Below are positions 8,586 to 17,200 of a stretch of 32,000 nucleotides of DNA, piece after piece. Source of the DNA: Acaryochloris thomasi RCC1774 (lineage in GTDB: Bacteria; Cyanobacteriota; Cyanobacteriia; Thermosynechococcales; Thermosynechococcaceae); contig NZ_PQWO01000021.1 in assembly GCF_003231495.1 (NCBI RefSeq), positions 1 to 32,000 of the forward strand, read 5' to 3'. Each line of letters starts with the position of its first letter. The first letter of the stretch is position 1. The position numbers were made by a program, and so were the translations under genes. A model generated the notes under the pieces. It saw only the letters and a list, made by a program, of their open reading frames with translations, was not told the DNA's origin and made no database searches.

Positions 8586-9488
8586 ATGGTTAGTCTCACT
8601 CCTCGACGAATTGACCATTTTGGTACCGTCCGAGCCTTTGCTCAACTCTGTCGTCCAACGCTCTCTGTGCTGGCGGCTGTTGCAAGCTGTCTCACAATCT
8701 ATGCTCTTAATCCAGATGCACCAGGGTTACTTTATCGACTGACGGCGATTGTTCTCGTTTGTACAACGGCGGGTGCTTTCGCGATCAATGATTACGATGA
8801 CATTGAGAAAGATCGCATCAACCATCCCGAGCGACCGCTCCCGTCTAGGATTCTGATGCCACAGCACGCTTGGTGGGCTGCGGTTGTCCTGTTTGGTGTG
8901 GCCCTGTTAGCGGCTATTCCTTTAGGGCTACTGTCCTGGATGTTGGTCGCTGTTAGCACTCTCCTGCTCTGGAATTATTCCGCGATTTTGAACGTCAGCG
9001 GCATCCTAGGTAATGGTGTTGTGGCGACAATTGTGGCAGTGCTGATCTTGTTTGCCAGCCTGGTAGCTGGTCGGCCTCTGGCGATGCTGTACCCGAGTGC
9101 GTTCTTGTTCTGCTACATCCTGGCGAAGGAAATTGTCTGGGATATTCATGATGCGGTAGGCGATCGCAACCGAAATGTATACACAATTGCCAATCTTTGG
9201 GGCGCGGGTGCTGCGTTCACGATTGCCTGGGGATTATTGATGCTGCTGTGGGTGTCTGTGCCGGTTGCGATGGCCATAGGCCGGTCGGAGACCATCGCAT
9301 CCCTCTCAATGGCGCATCCCCTCCTGTTTGGGATTTGTTCCTCGACCATGCTGGCTAGCTTCTCTCTGGCATTGCGACGCTATCAGCGAAAACAGACCTC
9401 ATCGACCTACACCAGCCTGATTACTTTGGGGCGTTTGGGGATGATCATCGGTTTAATTGGACTTCTGGGGACTGCGCCACCGCTGTAG
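8586..9488 (+). CDS. UbiA-family aromatic/isoprenoid prenyltransferase
   Basis: 300 aa and polytopic. First Asp-rich motif AINDYDDIEKDRINHPERPLPS is typical of the UbiA superfamily, and a second acidic motif WDIHDAVGDR is present. Confidence 0.8.
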   Translation: MVSLTPRRIDHFGTVRAFAQLCRPTLSVLAAVASCLTIYALNPDAPGLLYRLTAIVLVCTTAGAFAINDYDDIEKDRINHPERPLPSRILMPQHAWWAAVVLFGVALLAAIPLGLLSWMLVAVSTLLLWNYSAILNVSGILGNGVVATIVAVLILFASLVAGRPLAMLYPSAFLFCYILAKEIVWDIHDAVGDRNRNVYTIANLWGAGAAFTIAWGLLMLLWVSVPVAMAIGRSETIASLSMAHPLLFGICSSTMLASFSLALRRYQRKQTSSTYTSLITLGRLGMIIGLIGLLGTAPPL

Positions 9489-9601
9489 AAGATATTACTG
9501 GGTATGTGGTTCACGCGAAGGAAGCACGATATTGATTAGGATGGATGAATGTATTACTAGAAACACAAAGATTCCACTGTCTCTGCAGGTAAAGGTGTTT
9601 T

Positions 9602-9853
9602 ATGGGTGTTGTGAAAATTGATGTTCCTGATGAAGTTCTGGTGAGTCTAAAAGAATCAGATGTAAGTATCTCTCAGGAGTTATCTATACTCGCTGCGGTG
9701 AAACTCTTTGAGCTGGGAAAACTTTCGTCCGGGCGGGCGGCTCAGTTAGCAGGGATGTCAAGGGTTGAATTTTTAGGCAAATTAGGGCGATATCGCGTCT
9801 CACCCTTTGATCTTTCTAGTGAAGAGCTAGAGAACGATGTCCTCAACGCCTAA
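9602..9853 (+). CDS. UPF0175 (COG2886) family antitoxin-like protein
   Basis: 83 aa. LAAVKLFELGKLSSGRAAQLAGMSRVEFLGKLGRYRVSPFD matches the UPF0175 pattern. Overlaps the downstream PIN gene by 17 nt. Confidence 0.8.
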   Translation: MGVVKIDVPDEVLVSLKESDVSISQELSILAAVKLFELGKLSSGRAAQLAGMSRVEFLGKLGRYRVSPFDLSSEELENDVLNA

Positions 9854-10340
9854 CGCTAAGATTATTGTCAACACTTCACCACTACTCTATCTGCATCAGG
9901 TTGGTCACCTTGACCTACTGAAACATCTATATCAGGAGGTCTCGATTCCGAAGGCTGTCCAGCAGGAGTTGCAGGCTGGTGAACATAAGGGAATTGATGT
10001 TCCTGTGCCTGAATCGCTTGAGTATATTCAAATGCTTGAGGTTGATAATCCGGCCCTGATTCCCAATGTGACTGATTTAGGGCAGGGAGAGGCCGAAGTG
10101 ATTGCTCTTGGCATTCAGCATCTCGGAAGTTTGAGTATTCTGGACGATCAATTGGGACGACGCATTGCTAAGCTTTACGGACTTCAATGTACTGGAACGC
10201 TTGGTGTGTTGATCAAAGCTAAGCGGGAAGGATATTTAACCGCTGTTGCTCCGATCATTGATAGCCTGCGTCATCAGGGGATGTGGCTTAGCGATCGCAT
10301 CATTAGCGATATTTTGGTGCTTGCTGATGAAGTCCTTTGA
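9837..10340 (+). CDS. DUF3368 PIN-like nuclease domain protein (putative toxin)
   Basis: 167 aa. IIVNTSPLLYLHQVGHLDLLKHLY..LGQGEAEVIALG..ILDDQLGRRIAKLYGLQCTGTLGVLIKAKREG follows the DUF3368/COG2405 PIN-like pattern. Confidence 0.8.
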   Translation: MSSTPNAKIIVNTSPLLYLHQVGHLDLLKHLYQEVSIPKAVQQELQAGEHKGIDVPVPESLEYIQMLEVDNPALIPNVTDLGQGEAEVIALGIQHLGSLSILDDQLGRRIAKLYGLQCTGTLGVLIKAKREGYLTAVAPIIDSLRHQGMWLSDRIISDILVLADEVL

Positions 10341-10435
10341 GTCATTTTTAAAGAAAAGCAAGTACCACCGAAGACAATTGATAAAACCATTGATAGCTGC
10401 ACAAAACTCAATAGCCCAGCTCAAAAGGATTAGTA

Positions 10436-10891
10436 ATGCGAGAGTTTGATTTCACGCTGAAGTTCAAACTTAGCGACATTCAGGCTAATCCTGAAGACCA
10501 TCTTGAAGCGCTCTATGAAAGTGGATGTGATGATGCGGTTGTCGGCGTTGGGAAGCTTGGACAGGTCTCGCTCAACTTTTTTCGTGAAGCCTCTTCTGCT
10601 TGGGAGGCGGTTTCAAGTGCGATCGCAGATGTGAAGCGGTCGATTCCGAATGTGGCTTTGATTGGGACGAGTACTGATCTTGTTGGGCTAACAGAGGTGG
10701 CTCACCTGCTGGGGCACACCCGACAAAATATGAGGAAGTTGATTGTTGAGCACGGTCCAGGTTCTCCGTTACCAGTCTATGAAGGAACGCCTGCGCTTTG
10801 GCATTTGGCTGATGTTTTGAGCTGGTTAGAAGCAGAGAAGGCTTATTCTATTGATGTCTCTCTCTTAGAGGTTGTCCAAACGGCTAAATAG
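10436..10891 (+). CDS. Two-domain protein with C-terminal excisionase/MerR-like HTH (possible antitoxin or regulator)
   Basis: 151 aa. The C-terminal LTEVAHLLGHTRQNMRKLIVEHGPGSPLPVYEGTPALWHLADVLSWL looks like an HTH_17/AlpA-type DNA-binding motif. The N-terminal ~80 aa domain is unassigned. AAGGA SD lies 8 nt before the ATG. Confidence 0.5.
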   Translation: MREFDFTLKFKLSDIQANPEDHLEALYESGCDDAVVGVGKLGQVSLNFFREASSAWEAVSSAIADVKRSIPNVALIGTSTDLVGLTEVAHLLGHTRQNMRKLIVEHGPGSPLPVYEGTPALWHLADVLSWLEAEKAYSIDVSLLEVVQTAK

Positions 10892-10925
10892 GTAAATAGT
10901 TGGAAGTCATGGAAAAAACTAGATC

Positions 10926-11382
10926 TTGACCCACAGAAAAGTTTGGGGATGCTGGCAGTTTAATAGAACTTTTCGGAAGGAGAGAAGTCACAGATTTTCA
11001 GAGTCCATTAGAGGTTTGATTGTTTCTGCGAAGTGTATGGCTGAGATCGCAAAGCTAGCTTTTGATGTCTGTCATTCCCCAAAATCCAACCTGGCCGGAG
11101 TACCTTCAAGGGGGAACGCTTGGTGATGGCTATAGGCTCTGGTTGCGGGCTAAGTTGTTCCAACAGTACCGGCTGTTCTTTCGATATCACCTACAAAGCA
11201 AGGTGATTATCTATAGCTGGGTGAACTATACAGCGACCAAACGGGCTTATGACAGCAAGACCGATGCCTATCGAGTGTTCGCAGAGATGCTGGATAGTGG
11301 CCATCCTCCAAATGACTGGGCAGAATTGCTGCTGGAAGCTAGAGCCATCGTGGATCGCTACAAAGGTATCGATGAGCTGTGA
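10926..11382 (+). pseudogene. yhaV: YhaV-family toxin (ribonuclease) gene, apparently frameshifted near 11056-11070
   Basis: ORF 11062-11382 reads IPQNPTWPEYLQGGTLGDGYRLWLRAKLFQQYRLFFRYHLQSKVIIYSWVNYTATKRAYDSKTDAYRVFAEMLDSGHPPNDW, close to E. coli YhaV (..RYRLFFRYSEKEKVIILGWMND..KTDAYTVFSKMLKRGHPPADW). The expected N-terminal ~45 aa lie in another frame (10926-11126, ..AEIAKLAFDV), and a TAG at 11056 blocks the C-terminal frame. Confidence 0.6.
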
Positions 11383-11686
11383 AATTTAGGTAGTAAAGAC
11401 CAAATATCAAAGAGCTTCAGGGAATCAAATACCGTATTTTCTACTTTTTTGTCGAAGGAGGCTGATAAAGCGGTTGCTTGCTAATGCCGCGTTGAAAGTG
11501 ACTTAGGCATCTACACTTAGCAAAGGATGAACCCACCATCGAGCAGCATATTTCTAACACTCTAAATATCTTGCTTAGTGAGTTCTATGGAGATCAGCTC
11601 ATATGTTTCACAATCTTGAAATCAGAGAGAGTGAATAATACCTTAGTGTGGGCACTCTATGAGTCACATAAAACTGCAAGAATAAA

Positions 11687-11695
11687 TGGTATAAA
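11687..11695 (+). promoter_or_regulatory. Extended -10-like promoter element upstream of the low-GC cassette
   Basis: TGgTATAAA at 11687-11695 sits in a 370-bp AT-rich leader, about 58 nt before ATG 11754. There is no convincing -35. Prediction by eye only. Confidence 0.3.
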
Positions 11696-11753
11696 TTAAT
11701 TAAACAAAAAAATATCTTAGACTCAATGACCTGAGAGAATCGAGATCAATAGT

Positions 11754-13043
11754 ATGGTATTTGACAATCAATCAGTTCAAGACAAGAGTGCAGTAGCTGC
11801 TTTATTACACAGTCAGATGAATTTATCATACTCTGATTTAAGAGACAATAGCCAGCTAAGTAGAAACAGGTATTTAGTCAAAACATATGTCATTGAGTTT
11901 ACGCCCGGAGAAAATTCATCTATTACTGACTTGAATGAAGATAAAATCGAGACATTATTTTCATTCAAGTCAAAAAAGCAAGAACATCATCCAGTCATTC
12001 AGACGACAGGAGACAGAAGTTTGTACGTATTAAGATGGAAATACAATGATAATGATATTGAGGCATATTTAGATATTTCTCCTGTACAGAACGACTGTAG
12101 ATTTTGGTTTCTTGACTCAGTTTCTAAAGCGGATGTTTTAGATATTGTAATCAAAAAAATAATCAACCAGTCTACAGAATTGGATAGGATATGGATTTGG
12201 CCAAGTCTTCTTAAAGAATTTACACAAAAAGGTCAGCTAAGAGGTTTTGATCTGACTTATGATTACAGGAAATTTGAGACGCAAGAAAATATATCTCAAG
12301 CAGAGTATCGAGCAGAAGTAGAAGACCCACCAAGACAAGTAAATACGAGGCCAGTTGAGGAAGAATGTGAATCAACAGTAAAAGAGCTTAAACAATATCT
12401 AACTCTTAGTGCTAGGGGAGGAGGAGAAGTATCAGATGCATTACATGAACTATTTCAAACAGATTCACTTCAAGAGAAGGTTGTACCATCGAAAATTAGC
12501 ATCAAGTATAGGGGCGAAGAAAATAGTATTCAGAGAGTGAGTCAATCAAACTTTGCTATAGAGACAATTCAGTATGATGGCAAGTTTGTTGTAAAGGGCA
12601 CTTCCGTTCTCCTGCATAAAGAACTAGTGAATGAAATTCGATCAAGATATTCAACAAAGATAAGAGATATAGAGAAAAGACACATAATCAAAATTATTGG
12701 AAAAGAGGATAAGATAACTGATGCGGTCGGCGAACCACTTTATTTCAACTTTGAATCAAAGCCTATAGAAAATTTGATCGACTTCTGTAAAGTTGTTTTT
12801 TCAGGGAAAGATCCATTTTTTTTATGGGGAGTCCCTAGAGAGGTTGATGATGGACTTATTGTTCACTCAATAGATTTAAAAACTGGATCAAAGATGAATT
12901 TTCAGATATATAGAGATGTTGTCTCACTTTCTCTTGAGTTGGGATCTTGTGGGAATTCTGTAGTAAGGTTTTTCACAAATATACAACAATCGTTTAGCTG
13001 TCGAATCACTGCCGAGGATGCTGATGGAGTCTCCGTCTTTTAG
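11754..13043 (+). CDS. Hypothetical protein, 429 aa, no recognisable domain (cassette gene 1)
   Basis: Long uninterrupted ORF in AT-rich DNA, where stop codons are frequent. Lys/Asn/Ile/Asp-rich codon usage unlike the neighbours. Acidic linker EYRAEVEDPPRQVNTRPVEEECEST separates two modules. No Walker A, nuclease, TM or signal motif that I can defend. Confidence 0.8.
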   Translation: MVFDNQSVQDKSAVAALLHSQMNLSYSDLRDNSQLSRNRYLVKTYVIEFTPGENSSITDLNEDKIETLFSFKSKKQEHHPVIQTTGDRSLYVLRWKYNDNDIEAYLDISPVQNDCRFWFLDSVSKADVLDIVIKKIINQSTELDRIWIWPSLLKEFTQKGQLRGFDLTYDYRKFETQENISQAEYRAEVEDPPRQVNTRPVEEECESTVKELKQYLTLSARGGGEVSDALHELFQTDSLQEKVVPSKISIKYRGEENSIQRVSQSNFAIETIQYDGKFVVKGTSVLLHKELVNEIRSRYSTKIRDIEKRHIIKIIGKEDKITDAVGEPLYFNFESKPIENLIDFCKVVFSGKDPFFLWGVPREVDDGLIVHSIDLKTGSKMNFQIYRDVVSLSLELGSCGNSVVRFFTNIQQSFSCRITAEDADGVSVF

Positions 13044-13917
13044 TCTGAAATTAATAAATATTTTCATAGGCTTATTCTATGGAGTCAAGAACAAGTTCCT
13101 CAAGGAGTACTCCTCTGAAATTGTAAGATTGGGATATAAGTTTATAGAAGTCGAACCTAAATTCTATTCAAGCTTGTCCAATAATAGTGTCAATCCCGAA
13201 GCGATTTCTCACTCTTATACTAGCCATCAAACTCTTCAAGTCGAGTGGACAGAGGAAAATAGACCTTCAGAGAGGAAGCAACAGCAAATCCGAAAGTATC
13301 TAAATGTTCAGCCTGAAGATATAAGTGATATAGTTTCCGATAGCTCAGTCTGTATTAATACATGGTTGATTGTTGCAGAGCAATCAAGAGCAAACTTCTC
13401 AGACTATCTTAAAGAACATAATGAAGATGATTTAAGCAAGCTGTCATTATGCTCATTTGCATCTAACGATAATGGTAACAATATTGACTTTGTTCTGGGA
13501 TCATTTCAAGATGATGGTTTTCTTAAGGTGATTAAAGAGGGGATAAGTCTGAAAAGAATTTCCTATGATTATGTTAAGTATGACTTTAATAATTTACAGT
13601 CGATTGAGATAATCGAAAGAGTGATAGGACAGATTCTGCAATACCAAGTTCAAGGTAATCTAGAGTTCTCTGTTGAAGCTTTGGCTGCTGGTTCGTTTGG
13701 ATTTTGGGATTTTCTAAGCATGGAAAAGCGAAGTAGTATAAGAAAGAGAGTGAATGAAATAGTTAAAGAATTCTCAAAGAAGAATCCTAAGCTTATTGCT
13801 AGAGCTATCGAGAATCCGCCTGTGTGGAGAATCACTTCTTCAGCCTTATCTCTTGGTAACCAATCCGCTAAGTTTATAGAATTAAAAATGGGAGAACAGT
13901 CTGAAGTGGATTCTTGA
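13018..13917 (+). CDS. Hypothetical protein, 299 aa, no recognisable domain (cassette gene 2)
   Basis: Long ORF with the same composition as gene 1. ATG 13018 (or 13024) lies inside the last 26 nt of gene 1, suggesting translational coupling. No motif recognised. Confidence 0.75.
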   Translation: MLMESPSFSLKLINIFIGLFYGVKNKFLKEYSSEIVRLGYKFIEVEPKFYSSLSNNSVNPEAISHSYTSHQTLQVEWTEENRPSERKQQQIRKYLNVQPEDISDIVSDSSVCINTWLIVAEQSRANFSDYLKEHNEDDLSKLSLCSFASNDNGNNIDFVLGSFQDDGFLKVIKEGISLKRISYDYVKYDFNNLQSIEIIERVIGQILQYQVQGNLEFSVEALAAGSFGFWDFLSMEKRSSIRKRVNEIVKEFSKKNPKLIARAIENPPVWRITSSALSLGNQSAKFIELKMGEQSEVDS

Positions 13918-14122
13918 TTCAATATGAAGATATTAAGAGGTTCACTCTGCCTTGCTGAAAGTCAGGCGATAGGACTTGTCAAAGTTATTGAAGTGGTTTA
14001 GCGGCTAGAAAAATTTGAGATAAGTATTAGGAATAAAGGATGCTTTCAACATAGTGGCTTGGCATAGAGGTTCTAACGGTTGAATCCCATGTTTGAGTTC
14101 CGCACGTCTTCAGTTTCCCCTT

Positions 14123-14178
14123 CACAGCATCCTCAAACTCTTGACCTAGGTTTTAGGTAGAAGCCCATCAAGTGCCTC
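14123..14178 (+). repeat. Copy 2 of the recurrent upstream element (with a 15-nt internal insertion)
   Basis: tcctcaaactcttgacctag (14130-14149) matches 22353-22372 at 19 of 20 positions. ccatcaagtgcctc (14165-14178) resembles ccttcaagtggagc of copy 3. Its TTGACC lies 68 nt before the nifJ ATG. Confidence 0.6.
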
Positions 14179-14214
14179 TATCCATTACGTTGACTAGGCT
14201 GGGAGTCTCCCCAT

Positions 14215-17200
14215 ATGACTAGCAAAACCTTCGCCACCCTTGATGGTAACGAAGCCGTCGCCCGGATTGCCTACGCCCTCAACGAAGTGATCGCTATCTA
14301 TCCGATCACCCCCGCTTCACCGATGGCAGAATGGGCCGACGCCTGGACCGCAACCAAGCAACCCAACCTCTGGGGCACCGTTCCTGCCGTGGTTGAAATG
14401 CAGAGCGAAGGCGGTGTTGCCGGTGCTGTCCACGGAGCCTTGCAAACCGGAGCCTTAACAACAACCTTTACCGTGTCCCAGGGACTGCTGTTGATGATTC
14501 CCAACCTATACAAAATTGCTGGTGAACTGACCTCAACCGCCTTTCATATTGCCGCCCGCTCTGTTGCGGCCCAGGCTCTCTCTATTTTTGGGGACCACAG
14601 TGACGTGATGGCGGCGCGGGGAACGGGCTTTGCCATGCTCTGTGCTGCCTCCGTTCAAGAAGCTCAGGATTTTGCTGTGATCGCAACCGCCACAACTTTA
14701 CAATCGCGCATCCCCTTCCTCCACTTTTTCGACGGCTTCCGCACCTCGCATGAAGTCCAAAAAATTGAGCTGCTACCCACATCAGATCTACGCCAGATGA
14801 TTCATGAAGAATCAGTCTGTGCTCATCGGTCCCGCGCCCTCAGCCCCGATTACCCCGTCATCCGAGGAACAGCGCAAAACCCCGATGTCTTTTTCCAGGC
14901 CCGAGAAACGGTGAATCCCTACTACCAGGCTTGCCCAGAACTGACCCAAAACGTGATGGACCAATTCGCTCAACTCACCGGACGGCAGTACCACCTCTAC
15001 GGCTATCACGGCGATCCAGACGCTGAACGCATCATAGTCCTCATGGGGTCGGGCTGTGAAACCGTCCACGAAACCGTCGATGCCCTCAATTGGCAAAACG
15101 CCAAAGTCGGCGTTATCAAGGTATGCCTCTACCGCCCCTGGGATACCGGACGCTTCATCGTCGCATTGCCAGCTACCACAAACGCGATCGCAGTCCTAGA
15201 TCGCACCAAAGAACCCGGCAGCCAAGGCGAACCTCTCTATCTAGATGTCTTAAGCACACTCCAGGAACTCAAAACCCAAAGCTCAAAGCTCAAAACTCTC
15301 CCCATAATTGTCGGCGGACGCTACGGCCTCTCTTCCAAGGAATTCACTCCCGCAATGGTCAAAGGCATCTTCGATAACCTCGCTGCAGACCCACCTAAGA
15401 ACCATTTCACCATCGGCATCAACGACGACGTTTCCCACACCAGCCTTGCCTACGATCCGGCCTTTTCCACTGAATCAGACCAAGTCGTGCGGGCCATCTT
15501 CTACGGCCTTGGCTCAGACGGAACGGTGGGAGCCAACAAAAATACAATCAAAATTATTGGTGAACAAACCGATAACTACGCCCAAGGCTACTTTGTTTAC
15601 GACTCCAAAAAATCAGGCTCAGTCACTGTCTCTCACCTCAGGTTTGGACCCGAACCCATACGAGCTACCTACCTGATTGAGCAAGCTAACTTTGTCGCCT
15701 GCCATCAGTGGGATTTTCTCGACAAGCTAGATGTCCTCAAGGCGGCGCAGCCAGGAGCGACCCTCTTACTGAATAGTCCTTACCCATCGGTGGAGGTTTG
15801 GGAACACTTGCCCGCTCCAGTTCAACAGCAGATCCAGCAGAAACACCTGAAGCTATTCAGCATTAACGCCAATCAGGTGGCTCGTGCCGCCGGAATGGGG
15901 GGACGGATTAATACCGTTATGCAGGTGTGCTTCTTTGCTTTGTCTGGAATTTTGCAAAGAGAGGATGCGATCGCAAACATCAAGCAAGTCATTCGCAAAA
16001 CCTACGGCAAGAAAGGCGAAGAGATTGTGCAAATGAACCTCAAAGCCGTCGATGCCACCCTAGAGCAACTGTTTGAAGTCCCCATCGGCGAGCCTAGCAG
16101 CATCGCGGAAACCAACGGACGAAAATCAACCATTCCCGATACCGCCCCCCAATTTGTCCGCGAAGTCCTTGGTTGCATGATGCAGCGCGAAGGAGACGCC
16201 CTCCCGGTCAGTGCTCTCCCCGTCGATGGCACCTATCCCACCGGCACAACGAAATGGGGAAAACGGAACATTGCCCAAGATATCCCCGTTTGGGACCCGG
16301 ATGTCTGTGTTCAGTGCGGCAAATGCGTCATGGTCTGCCCCCATAGCGTCATTCGCAGCAAGGTCTACGAACCGCAGCAGCTTGAACAGGCACCGGAGAC
16401 CTTCAAAAGCGCCAAAGCCCGAGACCATGCCTGGACCAATCTCAAGTTCACGATTCAAGTGGCCGCCGAAGACTGCACCGGTTGCGGCATCTGTGTCGAT
16501 GTCTGTCCGGCCAAAAATAAGGCCATGCCGCGCTTGAAAGCCATCAACATGGAGCCGCAGCGCCCTCTGCGAGAGACAGAGCGCCAGAACTGGGATTTCT
16601 TTTTAGACTTGCCCAACCCAGATCGGAAATCGCTGAACCTGCACAAAATCAGTCATCAACAGATGCAGGAGCCTTTATTTGAGTTTTCAGGTGCCTGTGC
16701 AGGCTGTGGCGAAACCCCCTATCTCAAAATGGTGACGCAACTATTTGGCGATCGCCTCGTGGTTGCCAACGCCACCGGCTGTTCCTCGATTTACGGTGGC
16801 AATCTACCGACCACGCCTTGGTCCCACAATGATGAAGGGCGCGGCCCCGCTTGGTCGAACTCCCTCTTTGAAGACAATGCAGAGTTTGGATTGGGCTTCC
16901 GAGTCTCCATTGATAAGCAAACGGAGCTAGCGAGAGAATTGCTTCAGCAGGTCGCTGCCGAAGTTGACATCGAGCAGGACTATATTCAGTCCCTTGCTGA
17001 CACGATTCTCAATGCACCTCAGAACGATGAGGCCGATATTGCAGAACAACGCCAGCAGGTGAGCATCCTCCAGAAGTGGCTTATAGATATTGAGCACCAC
17101 ATTGAAAACCACGCAAGTTTGGGCGATGGTCTCTCGCTGAAGGCCAAGGTAAAGCAGCTCAAAGCGTTAGCGGATTATCTGGTCAAAAAGAGCGTCTGGA

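Noticed and set aside
11385-11393. 9-bp direct repeat tttaggtag at 11385-11393 and 14152-14160, possibly a target-site duplication bounding the cassette
   Set aside because: A single 9-mer match between two few-hundred-bp flanks is not statistically convincing. It also conflicts with the second copy lying inside the recurrent upstream element. I keep it only as a hint.
14078-14088. ggttgaatccc, resembling a tRNA T-loop (GGTTCGAATCC) at the right edge of the low-GC cassette, possibly a tRNA-derived att site
   Set aside because: The flanking bases do not form a T-arm stem, and no acceptor or anticodon arms can be built.
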